36,909 bases of DNA from assembly GCA_964449025.1 (NCBI GenBank), contig CAYUYB010000001.1, forward strand, positions 1-36,909, in the 5' to 3' direction. A program made the position numbers and the translations under genes. Under the pieces are notes generated by a model. That model was given only the letters and a program-made list of their open reading frames with translations. It was not told where the DNA came from and ran no database searches. Positions 1 through 8,533 of this stretch are shown piece by piece; the stretch's first letter is position 1; every line of letters begins with the position of its first letter. Source of the stretch: an uncultured Desulfobacteraceae bacterium (lineage in GTDB: Bacteria; Desulfobacterota; DSM-4660; Desulfatiglandales; HGW-15).

Positions 1-1955
1 GATGTGTGATAATACACGGTATCCAACAGGTTCTTGACTGTTAGATGGATATCCCATCCCCCACAATTCCAGCCGATGTTCCCATGGACCACAAAGGCGC
101 TGTCAATCTCGTCACTTTGCGTGGCCGTTATGGTTTGAGGATTTGTCCTCTCTCCCAGATAATTGCCCCGGAGGTTAAAGGTCCAGTCCCTGTTCAAGGT
201 ATAGGTCATGCCGACATTGGCATTATGTCGGGCTATCTCGGGCGCCTGACCGCCGTTTTCATATTCTGAGTCGTTAAAGGTGTAATTCACATATGCAACC
301 AACTTTTTAAAGGCGTAATCAACGGTTAATTCAAGGCCGTTTGTTTTCAACACCCCTTGGTTTTCCCATCGGTTGTCTTTATTATCAAACGTCAGAATAT
401 CTCTGATCCTGTTATGATATATTGATGCCTCGGCATGGAGGCCGGAGTTGAATTGATATCCAACGACACCTTCATAACTTCGCATTCTTTCCGGTTCAAG
501 GCCACTGTTGCCGGCGCCGAAGTTGTAATCCCAGGGCTTAGGCGCCCTGAATGCCTCGGAGTATAATAATTTCCCCGTTAATCTATCCCCGTGATAAACC
601 AGACCACCCCTGGGGATAATGACGCTTTCATATTCTGTACTGTCATCCCATCGAAATCCGAGGGTAAGTTCCGAGGCCTCAATAAATCTGTATTGCGACT
701 GCAGGTAGATGCTGGTGAATTGTTCCGTAACCTTGTTAGGCTCCCCCGGCGTGGGAGGGGCCTGATTCTGGGAATCGCTGTAGGTCTTTGAATAATCTTC
801 AGACAGTCTCTCCCTTTCCCAGATAATGCCCCCGATGATGTTTAGCCTGTCATCGGCCCGGTAGTTGACCTGCTCTTCTATCCCTATATGGTTGTTGGGA
901 CGGTAATACCCCACCTGCTGCCCCGGATCGAGTCCTTCCGCCTTGTCAATAAAGGCGATAGTATCCTCTTCAACGGTAGCATCCCGGTAATACAGGAAGG
1001 AATTCAATTGAAAATTGTCTCTAATATCATATCTATTGTTGAGCCAAAGATTCATAAAAGTTATATGCCATAGTGTTCCATAATCAAGCTTATCCGAGTT
1101 GACGGTTCTGTAATTAGTGGTTCGGGAAGACTCTTTGTCCTGATACAGGAACCCGAGGGTCGAATTTCGGAACTTTAGTTTACCATCAAAGGCAAAGTCA
1201 TTCTCAAAATTGTGCATCTCTTCAGTCCAGTTGTTATCGCCTTCACTGCCTTTTAGGTCGGCCTTTTCCGTTGTCTTGTACATGCCTGAGAGACTATACC
1301 CGAATTGTCTTTCCGTGTCATAGGATGCGGTGCGGAAATCCGCTGTCCAGGTATCAAAGCTACCTACTGTCGCGCTCGCCCAAGTGCCCTGCGCGTCCTT
1401 ATCATCAGGGTCCCAAGTAATGATATTGATGATACCCGACATTGCGTTTGTGCCGTACAGGGCGGAGGCCGGGCCATAGACCACTTCCACTTTTTTCACA
1501 TTCTCCAGATTGAACTGCCCCCCGCCGTAAAACCCACCCGAATTCAACTCATTAATCTCAACACCGTCCACCAGCAACAGAATTAGATTATTCTGGCTCG
1601 GTACGCCACGTATGAATACATAGCTGTTAAAACCCTGAATATTGCGAAACTGGATGCCGGGGATATCCGAAAGGACCTCCTCCAAGGTCATATACCCTCT
1701 TTGCTTGATCTGTCGCGCGGTAATCACTCTGACCGTCGCAGGCGTTTCACTTAATTTCTGAGCGGATTTTGTCGCGGTCACTATGGTCTGGTTAAGGAGT
1801 TCCTCCAGACTGACTTCAAACAATCCCTTAACAGGCATATCCGTAGTGTCTGAACACATAACGGTAGGAAGATATGCAAAACACAGGGCACCAATGATTA
1901 TGAGGTACAGAATCTGTTTTCTAAAAATAATGGATATTTGTTTAGCCAATTTCAT
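1..1955 (-). CDS. TonB-dependent outer-membrane receptor (3' end runs off the window; N-terminal ~651 codons present)
   Basis: Absent from the ORF track because it has no stop codon in the window. My reverse-strand translation from ATG 1955-1953 gives MKLAKQISIIFRKQILYLIIIGALCFAYLPTVMC (signal peptide). It continues into a plug domain: TATKSAQKLSETPATVRVITARQIKQRGYMTLEEVLSDIPGIQFRN...RGVPSQNNLILLLVDGVEINE...VEVVYGPASALYGTNAMSGIINIIT. The frame stays open to position 3 (...GWDIHLTVKNLLDTVYYHT, barrel-like). Confidence 0.85.
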   Translation of the reverse strand, partial: MKLAKQISIIFRKQILYLIIIGALCFAYLPTVMCSDTTDMPVKGLFEVSLEELLNQTIVTATKSAQKLSETPATVRVITARQIKQRGYMTLEEVLSDIPGIQFRNIQGFNSYVFIRGVPSQNNLILLLVDGVEINELNSGGFYGGGQFNLENVKKVEVVYGPASALYGTNAMSGIINIITWDPDDKDAQGTWASATVGSFDTWTADFRTASYDTERQFGYSLSGMYKTTEKADLKGSEGDNNWTEEMHNFENDFAFDGKLKFRNSTLGFLYQDKESSRTTNYRTVNSDKLDYGTLWHITFMNLWLNNRYDIRDNFQLNSFLYYRDATVEEDTIAFIDKAEGLDPGQQVGYYRPNNHIGIEEQVNYRADDRLNIIGGIIWERERLSEDYSKTYSDSQNQAPPTPGEPNKVTEQFTSIYLQSQYRFIEASELTLGFRWDDSTEYESVIIPRGGLVYHGDRLTGKLLYSEAFRAPKPWDYNFGAGNSGLEPERMRSYEGVVGYQFNSGLHAEASIYHNRIRDILTFDNKDNRWENQGVLKTNGLELTVDYAFKKLVAYVNYTFNDSEYENGGQAPEIARHNANVGMTYTLNRDWTFNLRGNYLGERTNPQTITATQSDEIDSAFVVHGNIGWNCGGWDIHLTVKNLLDTVYYHT

Positions 1956-2025
1956 AACGTATCTCGCAATCGTTAATCTCCATCTTCAATATCCAGTCTT
2001 TAATAATTAATCCTCCCATTCTTCA

Positions 2026-2616
2026 TTATTGTCTTCCGTGGGATACACCTTCTGAGTCCCTTAATAATGAATCCACCTCTCTGATCAGCTTATTCCCGTG
2101 CAGTGGTTTGTGCAGGTAACTATCCGCACCTGCATCCATGATGCGTTTCATGTTCTCGGGAGTATCGTAGCCGGTAACGGCCAGGATCTTTATATCTGAA
2201 GTGTCGGGATTGTTCTTGAGCCGGCCGCATGCCTCAAAACCGTCCATCCCCGGCATGAAGAGATCCAGGATCACCAGGGACGGCTTGAAGAAAACCACCT
2301 TGACGCCTGCTTCAAAGGCGTCCGAAGCTGTTTCTGTCAGATACCCGTGATGGTTCAATATACGGCTGAATAAATCCCGGATCTGCGGGTCGTCATCCGC
2401 TATAAGTATCTTTGAGTTTTTAGCTTCGTAGGTCCCCAGGGGATATATACTCTTTGCCCGCATAAATGACTCAAGGTCTTTTCTATGGACCCTGAAATGT
2501 CCGCCAGGCGTGCGTGATGCCTTAAGTATGCCTAGCTTGGCATATTTCCATAGAGTCACTCTGCTTAGAGAACAGTAACCGGCAGCCTGGGGTATGGTCA
2601 GGATATCCTTGTTCAT
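2026..2616 (-). CDS. Response regulator with an N-terminal excisionase/MerR-type HTH domain and a C-terminal CheY-like receiver
   Basis: 196-aa ORF. The N-terminus MNKDILTIPQAAGYCSLSRVTLWKYAKLGILKASRTPGGHFRVHRKDLESFM resembles HTH_17/excisionase-type DNA-binding domains. The C-terminus KILIADDDPQIRDLF...LVILDLFMPGMDGFEACGRLK...ILAVTGY...HKP has the receiver signature residues (acidic pair, phospho-acceptor Asp, T, K). Confidence 0.85.
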   Translation of the reverse strand: MNKDILTIPQAAGYCSLSRVTLWKYAKLGILKASRTPGGHFRVHRKDLESFMRAKSIYPLGTYEAKNSKILIADDDPQIRDLFSRILNHHGYLTETASDAFEAGVKVVFFKPSLVILDLFMPGMDGFEACGRLKNNPDTSDIKILAVTGYDTPENMKRIMDAGADSYLHKPLHGNKLIREVDSLLRDSEGVSHGRQ

Positions 2617-2815
2617 AACAAGCCTGCCCTTTTAATAAAGAAGGTAAAAGGGATTAACATTACGAACATAATTAACGAAATTAACAAAATGATTATATAT
2701 TTTCTAAACGGGGAGTCAAGGTATTTCCGGTGTGATGTTGGTAGGTCCTTCATCAAATATCCGGATCATTTGCCAAGGTGTTACAAGAGAAGTTTGGAGG
2801 GTAAAAAGGCCATTA

Positions 2816-2869
2816 GGAGTTACAAACTCCGGGCGGCTTGGTGTCTTTCTTCTTATCCTCAAGCCGCCC
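2816..2869 (-). terminator. Two adjacent hairpins downstream of the hsp20 pair (possible terminator or attenuator)
   Basis: A perfect 10-bp stem pairs gggcggcttg (2831-2840) with caagccgccc (2860-2869) around a 19-nt loop. A second hairpin, ggagtt-aca-aactcc, lies at 2816-2830. On the minus strand both are followed by taatggccttttta. The T-run is not directly adjacent, so this is not a textbook intrinsic terminator. Confidence 0.4.
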
Positions 2870-2890
2870 AGAGAAAAAAGCGGGAAATTA

Positions 2891-3298
2891 TTAGCTCTTA
2901 ACCGTTATCTTGCGAGGCTTTGCGGCTTCAACCTTGGGAAGCCTCAAGCGAAGCACGCCGTCCTTCATTTCAGCATCTATTTTCGGCTGGTCAATAACCT
3001 GTGACAGGGTGAACTGCCTGTGGTATTTGCCTGTATGATATTCCCTGATCACATCCCCCTCGTTTTCCCCTTCGGGAGGCTGTACCTCGCCATCCAGAGT
3101 GAGCACGTTATCATTGAGATCGATGTTCAGGTCCGCTGCTTTCACACCGGGCATATCGGCCAGCACGGTGATCTCTTTGTCCGTTTCAAATATATCCACG
3201 GCAGGCGTAAACACCAGGCCGGGTCTCGTCTGCTCGGCGGGCGTGGTAATTTCAGCCTTCTCTTTTGCCTGAAGGGCCTTGCTTTGAGTGTCTGTCAT
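2891..3298 (-). CDS. Hsp20/alpha-crystallin family small heat-shock protein
   Basis: 135-aa ORF with an alpha-crystallin domain: DIFETDKEITVLADMPGVKAADLNIDLNDNVLTLDGE...REYHTGKYHRQFTLSQVIDQPKIDAEMKDGVLRLRLPK. Confidence 0.92.
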   Translation of the reverse strand: MTDTQSKALQAKEKAEITTPAEQTRPGLVFTPAVDIFETDKEITVLADMPGVKAADLNIDLNDNVLTLDGEVQPPEGENEGDVIREYHTGKYHRQFTLSQVIDQPKIDAEMKDGVLRLRLPKVEAAKPRKITVKS

Positions 3299-3326
3299 TT
3301 CGCGTTCCCTCCTTTCATCTCAAAGA

Positions 3327-3797
3327 TTATGATGCCTTGATGGTGATCTGCTTGGGTTTTGCCTCTTCCGCCTTGGGCAGGGTAACCGTCAGGATACCAT
3401 CGTTACATTTTGCTTCTACCTTGCCTGTATCCATCTGGGAGGGCAAACTGATGATCCGGCTGAACCTCCCTGTTTCCCTTTCCCTCCGGTGATATTGGGC
3501 ATTCTCGTCCTCGCTGGGAAGCTTCCTTTCGCCGGAAATGGAAAGGGTGTCTCCGGTCACAGAGAGGTCCAGTTCATCCGACTTGATGCCAGGCAACTCG
3601 GCGCGTACATAGTAGTTATCTTTGTCCTCGGTGACATTCATCAGAGGGAACACGCCGGCTCTGGGCTCTCTCCACAGCCCTCTGGTAATACCTTCGGTAA
3701 GCAAGTCCATCTGCCTCCTCATACGGTCCAGGTCCTCAAACAGACCTGTACGGCCCCATTCGGGCCAATCACTTGTTCTTCTCAATAACATGATCAA
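3327..3797 (-). CDS. Hsp20/alpha-crystallin family small heat-shock protein (second paralog)
   Basis: 156-aa ORF: NVTEDKDNYYVRAELPGIKSDELDLSVTGDTLSISGERK...ERETGRFSRIISLPSQMDTGKVEAKCNDGILTVTLPK. An RBS (aaggagg) lies upstream on the minus strand. Confidence 0.92.
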   Translation of the reverse strand: MIMLLRRTSDWPEWGRTGLFEDLDRMRRQMDLLTEGITRGLWREPRAGVFPLMNVTEDKDNYYVRAELPGIKSDELDLSVTGDTLSISGERKLPSEDENAQYHRRERETGRFSRIISLPSQMDTGKVEAKCNDGILTVTLPKAEEAKPKQITIKAS

Positions 3798-4061
3798 CCC
3801 CTCCTTTCATGCCATAGATATTTAGCACATCGTTAAAAAATCATAAGCCGTAAGAACATTGTCATAGAATCCTTAACCCGAAACTTTGATTAACCATCTT
3901 GAGGACTCTTGAGTTATTCCACCCATCGCCAGGTAGTCAGCCTCTACAAAAAAAATAATCCGTGTTTTCTGCTTGTCAAGATGAATGAAAGTTTTTTTAG
4001 TCCGTCCGCTTAATGAGAACGTAAAGGACTAAATGGATTGAATTGACCGAGAACAAAAGGC

Positions 4062-4090
4062 CTTGAAAATTGTTCAAGAGGTTCTTGACA
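4062..4090 (+). promoter_or_regulatory. Inverted repeat CTTGAA-aattg-TTCAAG followed by CTTGACA, upstream of groES (candidate operator and/or -35 elements)
   Basis: Read directly from the sequence: cttgaaaattgttcaag at 4062-4078 and cttgaca at 4084-4090, about 160-190 nt upstream of the groES ATG. CTTGAA(A) resembles a sigma32 -35 element, but I found no matching CCCCAT-type -10 at the proper spacing. Confidence 0.3.
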
Positions 4091-4251
4091 AATGCTTAAG
4101 AATGATTAGTTTAGGGTCAAATAATATTCTATAATATCAAATAGTTATAAGGTTTTAACCGCTTGCAGATCATTTTCCCAAATACCATAGATAACAAAAG
4201 ATTTTTGGATCTCTAAATTTTTCAATTCTTGGATAAAGGAGGCTTTAAGAA

Positions 4252-4542
4252 ATGAAGATCAAGCCTTTAAGTGACAGGGTATTGGTCCTGAGGATCGAAG
4301 AAGACGAAAAGACCTCCGGGGGAATCATGATTCCGGATACGGCCAAAGAGAAGCCCCAGGAAGGGAAAGTGGTCGCCGTGGGTCCCGGGAAAACGGATGA
4401 TGACGGAAAGCGGCGGCCTCTTGAAGTGAAAAAGAATGACCAGGTGCTGTTCAGCAAATACGCTGGAACACAGATCAAGCTCGACGGTGTGGAACATCTT
4501 ATCATGAGAGAGGATGATATCCTCGGGATCATCGAGAAGTAG
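4252..4542 (+). CDS. groES: Co-chaperonin GroES
   Basis: 96-aa [49 protein letters not shown]...[19 protein letters not shown]. An AGGAGG RBS lies upstream and groEL follows immediately. Confidence 0.97.
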   Translation: MKIKPLSDRVLVLRIEEDEKTSGGIMIPDTAKEKPQEGKVVAVGPGKTDDDGKRRPLEVKKNDQVLFSKYAGTQIKLDGVEHLIMREDDILGIIEK

Positions 4543-4561
4543 TCAAAGGAGGTACGGAGAA

Positions 4562-6127
4562 ATGGCAAAGAAGGAGATCAAGTACAGCGCGGAGGCACGT
4601 GAAAAGACAATCAAGGGAGTGGATACCTTGGCCAATGCCGTGAAGGTTACGTTGGGCCCGAAGGGACGAAACGTGCTCATTGAGAAGTCATGGGGTTCTC
4701 CCACCATCACCAAAGACGGAGTAACGGTGGCGAAAGAGATCGAACTGGAAGACAAATTCGAGAACATGGGAGCACAGATGGTCAAGGAAGTGGCATCAAA
4801 GACATCAGACGTTGCCGGAGACGGCACCACCACGGCAACCATTCTTGCACAGTCCATCTACCGGGAAGGTTCCAAACTGGTAGCGGCAGGCTCCAATCCC
4901 ATGGCTATTAAGAGGGGGATGGAAAAGGCCGTAGAAACCACTATAGAAGAACTGAAAAAGATCTCAAAACCTACCAAGGATAAGGCGGAGATCGCTCAGG
5001 TGGGCACTGTTTCTGCAAACAATGACAAGACGATCGGCGATATTATCGCAGAGGCCATGGAGAAGGTAGGCAAGGAGGGCGTAATCACGGTTGAGGAGGC
5101 CAAGAGCATGGAGACCACTCTGGAAATTGTTGAAGGTATGCAGTTTGACCGTGGTTATGTGAGCTCCTATTTTGTCACGGATCAGGAGAAGATGGAGGCC
5201 CACCTGGAAGAGCCTTATATCTTGCTGCATGAGAAAAAGATCAGCAACATGAAAGATATGGTACCTATCCTGGAGCAGATCGCTAAATCAGGCAAACCGC
5301 TGTTGATTATTGCGGAGGATGTGGAAGGTGAAGCCTTGGCCACCCTGGTTGTGAACAAGATTAGAGGGACTCTCAATTGCGCTGCCGTAAAGGCACCCGG
5401 GTTTGGCGATCGCCGCAAGGCTATGCTGGAAGACATAGCGATCTTGACTGGCGGACAGGTTATCAGTGAGGATCTTGGAATTAAGCTGGAAAATATAACA
5501 ATAAATGACCTGGGTACCGCCAAAAAGATCACCGTGGACAAAGATAATACTACCATCGTTGACGGCGGCGGCACCAGGAGCGCTCTAGAGGGTCGCGTAA
5601 AGCAGATCAGGGCGCAGATTGATGAGACCACCAGCGATTATGACCGCGAAAAACTACAAGAACGTCTGGCCAAATTAATCGGGGGCGTGGCTGTAATCAA
5701 CGTAGGATCGGCTACTGAGGCGGAGATGAAGGAGAGAAAGGCCAGGGTCGAAGATGCCCTCAATGCCACGCGTGCCGCGGTTGAAGAAGGTATAGTTCCA
5801 GGAGGAGGGGTTGCCTTAATCCGCGCGATAAAGGCCTTGGAAAAGATGGCCCTGGAGGGCGAGGAGCAGTCAGGTGTAAATCTTATCAAACGAGCCCTGG
5901 AGGAACCTGTAAGGCAGATTGCAAATAACGCGGGATTCGAGGGATCGGTTGTGGTACAGAAGGTTATGGAGGGAAAAGGTAATTTCGGATTCAATGCGGA
6001 GACCGGGGAGTATGAAGACCTGGTTACAGCCGGGATTATTGACCCCACCAAGGTCACCAGGTTTGCCCTTCAGAACGCCGCATCCGTGGCCGGGCTACTC
6101 ATGACCACGGAGGCCATGGTGGCCTGA
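4562..6127 (+). CDS. groEL: Chaperonin GroEL (reading frame ends prematurely; the C-terminal tail continues in the next frame to 6185)
   Basis: I chose ATG 4562 ([15 protein letters not shown]..., RBS aaggagg at 4546-4552) over the track start 4514, which overlaps groES. Canonical motifs are present: [50 protein letters not shown]. The ORF stops at TGA 6125-6127 right after ...TTEAMVA. Confidence 0.97.
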   Translation: MAKKEIKYSAEAREKTIKGVDTLANAVKVTLGPKGRNVLIEKSWGSPTITKDGVTVAKEIELEDKFENMGAQMVKEVASKTSDVAGDGTTTATILAQSIYREGSKLVAAGSNPMAIKRGMEKAVETTIEELKKISKPTKDKAEIAQVGTVSANNDKTIGDIIAEAMEKVGKEGVITVEEAKSMETTLEIVEGMQFDRGYVSSYFVTDQEKMEAHLEEPYILLHEKKISNMKDMVPILEQIAKSGKPLLIIAEDVEGEALATLVVNKIRGTLNCAAVKAPGFGDRRKAMLEDIAILTGGQVISEDLGIKLENITINDLGTAKKITVDKDNTTIVDGGGTRSALEGRVKQIRAQIDETTSDYDREKLQERLAKLIGGVAVINVGSATEAEMKERKARVEDALNATRAAVEEGIVPGGGVALIRAIKALEKMALEGEEQSGVNLIKRALEEPVRQIANNAGFEGSVVVQKVMEGKGNFGFNAETGEYEDLVTAGIIDPTKVTRFALQNAASVAGLLMTTEAMVA

Positions 6128-6316
6128 AAAGCCGGAGGAGAAGAAACAACAAGCTGTCCCACAGATGCCTCCGGATATGTATTAGGTCTCCGTCCTGCAA
6201 TGGATGTTTTCTGGACGAAACTATCAGCCATTAGCAATTAGCTTACTGAGCTGAAAGGAAACCGAAATTAAGGTGGGGAACCCCGCGTCTCTGCGCTGAG
6301 TTCATATGAGATTTGA

Positions 6317-6688
6317 ATGCATGAAAAGATAGACCATGATGCCTTAAAGAACGAGATCGAGAGCGGCCGTTTCGCAAGGGCCGTTCTCATTGCGGAGCAA
6401 ATGGGTTTGCCAGGAGAGGAGACCAGGAATCTCCGCTACAAGGCTATATGGCAAATGTCCGCCGTTAACAGGAATGCCCATGGAACCAAGGATCTTGCGC
6501 GGCAATACGGGCTTTCCAGGGAGGAGGTAAAGAAGGCCTTAGAAGAGCATGCTGATGAAATGAAGAAAGAAGGAAAAACAAAAGCCCTTGAGCCCTGCTA
6601 TGATTACAGCACAGGCAGATATCTCTCTTTCGAAGAATGGGTGGACCATTATCTTAAAATCTGGGATAAGATAAACATATTAGGATGA
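6317..6688 (+). CDS. Hypothetical protein (123 aa, probably helical, charged)
   Basis: ORF only. I recognise no family motif. It is co-oriented downstream of groEL. The sequence is MHEKIDHDALKNEIESGRFARAVLIAEQMGLPGEE...EEWVDHYLKIWDKINILG. Confidence 0.45.
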   Translation: MHEKIDHDALKNEIESGRFARAVLIAEQMGLPGEETRNLRYKAIWQMSAVNRNAHGTKDLARQYGLSREEVKKALEEHADEMKKEGKTKALEPCYDYSTGRYLSFEEWVDHYLKIWDKINILG

Positions 6689-7027
6689 CTGTTTCCCTTA
6701 TATTATTTATAGATAATCAATCCATTGCTCTGAATATGATTTCCCCCTAAGGCGATAAATGTGCCATTTGTCTGATCGGAGGATAGGTAATGGGCAGAAG
6801 TGTCCTATTGGGTGAAGTCCCCACAAGCATCAGCCATTATAGGGAACCAGTTTCCCCGCCAATGCGATATTGCTCCATTCACCACGGACATCTTAATTCA
6901 CCTTCTGATGGGGCCGAGGGCCCTGGCGAATCTGCAATTATAGATCTGGAGTTTTGAGGGTAACCGCGAAAAGTGCGTGTATAAAAACTAATTCAGGAAT
7001 GAATTTCATAAGAGATAAAAGGTACAG

Positions 7028-8389
7028 GTGCTAGGAATGGAGAAAGGGATATTCAGAGAATACGATATCAGGGGAATTTTGGATAAAGATTTCAACCTGT
7101 CGGATGTGAAAAGTATAGGTCATGGATATGGAGATTATCTTACTCAAAATAAAGGGGAAAAAGCAGTAATAGCTCGAGATTGCCGTCTCAGTTCACCGCA
7201 CATCCGGGAAGCCATTGTTAGCGGGCTTATGAACTCAGGCGCTCACGTAATCGATGTAGGTATTTGTCCCACTCCGCTTCTTTACTTCGCTATCCGCCAT
7301 TTAAAGGCCGACGGTGGTCTCATGATCACGGCAAGCCACAATCCCCCGGAGTACAACGGGTTCAAGATTTGCCTGGGTCCTGATACCATCTTTGGAGAGG
7401 AAATCCAGAATTTCAGGCGCTTCCTTGAAAAAGGGCAGTTCATTGATAAGAAAGGCTCTCTGGAATTCTATGACATCATGAAATCTTATTCTGATTACCT
7501 CGTTAATAACATTAATTTAAAAGGCCCTGTCAAGCTTGCGATGGACGCGGGAAACGGTACTGCCGGAATGGTGGCAGGCCCGATATTAGAAAGGCTTGGT
7601 TGTGAACCTATAGAGCTTTTCTTTGAGATGGACGGCCGATTTCCCAATCATGAGCCGGACCCCACTGTGCCCGGAAACATGTCAACCCTTATCAATACGG
7701 TCCGAGAAAAGAGACTGGATCTGGGAATCGGTTTTGACGGGGATGGTGACCGTATCGGCGTAGTAGATGAAAAGGGCAATATCATCTGGGGTGACATGCT
7801 CATGGTAATCTTTGCAAGAGAGATACTGAAGAGTCATCTGGGTGCGACTTTCATTGGCGAGGTCAAGTGTTCCCAGAATATGTACGATGACATCGAGGCG
7901 CATGGCGGAAATCCCATCATGTGGAAGACAGGCCACTCGTTGATCAAAAGGAAGTTGAGAGAGGAAAAGGCCGTGCTAGCAGGTGAAATGAGCGGGCATA
8001 TGTTCTTTGCAGATCGCTATTTCGGCTATGATGATGCTATCTATGCTGCGTGTCGTCTTGTGGAAATCATATCAAGTCGTCAGGATCCACTCTCTGGGTA
8101 TCTGGCAGACCTTCCCGAGACATATAATACACCTGAAATCAGGGTGGAATGCGAAGAAGATAAAAAGTTCAAATTAGTGGATATGGTCAGGGAAGAGCTT
8201 AAGAAAGACCATGAGATTATCGACATAGACGGTGTTCGTGTCACTTTCCCGGATGGCTGGGGACTGTTGCGTGCGTCAAATACCAGTCCTGTCCTTGTAT
8301 TGAGATTTGAAGCCCAGAGCAAAGAGCGCCTCCAGGAAATTCGTTCCCTTGTGGAAGGCACACTTCTTATAATGAAGGAAAGGTTATAG
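7028..8389 (+). CDS. Phosphomannomutase/phosphoglucomutase (alpha-D-phosphohexomutase family)
   Basis: The active-site Ser loop ITASHNPPEYNGFK, the Mg loop GFDGDGDRIGVVD, the sugar loop GEMSGHMFF and the C-terminal phosphate loop LRASNTSPVLVLRFE are all present. The start could be GTG 7028 or ATG 7037 (MEKGIFREYDIRG). Confidence 0.92.
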   Translation: MLGMEKGIFREYDIRGILDKDFNLSDVKSIGHGYGDYLTQNKGEKAVIARDCRLSSPHIREAIVSGLMNSGAHVIDVGICPTPLLYFAIRHLKADGGLMITASHNPPEYNGFKICLGPDTIFGEEIQNFRRFLEKGQFIDKKGSLEFYDIMKSYSDYLVNNINLKGPVKLAMDAGNGTAGMVAGPILERLGCEPIELFFEMDGRFPNHEPDPTVPGNMSTLINTVREKRLDLGIGFDGDGDRIGVVDEKGNIIWGDMLMVIFAREILKSHLGATFIGEVKCSQNMYDDIEAHGGNPIMWKTGHSLIKRKLREEKAVLAGEMSGHMFFADRYFGYDDAIYAACRLVEIISSRQDPLSGYLADLPETYNTPEIRVECEEDKKFKLVDMVREELKKDHEIIDIDGVRVTFPDGWGLLRASNTSPVLVLRFEAQSKERLQEIRSLVEGTLLIMKERL

Positions 8390-8533
8390 AATTATATGAG
8401 AAATTTTGAAACATTTGAAAGACTTGTTCCGGTTATGCCGCCAGAAGACAAGGATGAGGCCCTGGTTCCGGCCGTCTTCCGAGGACGCAGGGCAATACTT
8501 CATCGAGTTTTGTGAGGATAGGTACAACAAGAT

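Noticed and set aside
3822-3830. ttagcaca, resembling the left arm of CIRCE (TTAGCACTC).
   Set aside because: No complementary GAGTGCTAA arm follows at a 9-nt spacing. It also lies at the hsp20 start codon region rather than upstream of groES.
4514-4561. Upstream-extended starts offered by the ORF track: groEL at 4514, era at 19277, radical SAM at 23920, Mo-enzyme alpha at 29636 and beta at 32164.
   Set aside because: The extensions overlap the preceding genes or lack an RBS. Internal ATGs with good Shine-Dalgarno sequences give N-termini that match the expected family N-termini.
4543-6057. Several 88-139-aa minus-strand ORFs (4543-4857, 4964-5230, 5215-5631, 5638-6057) and short plus-strand ORFs inside groEL.
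   Set aside because: They lie entirely antisense to or overlapping a highly conserved groEL frame. Their translations are low-complexity Ser/Pro/Ile-rich. These are shadow ORFs.
8396-8515. A 39-codon ORF (MRNFETFERLVPVMPPEDKDEALVPAVFRGRRAILHRVL) between the phosphomannomutase gene and dnaJ.
   Set aside because: It has no convincing RBS and no recognisable motif, and it is too short to support from sequence alone. It could be a real small protein, but I cannot justify calling it.
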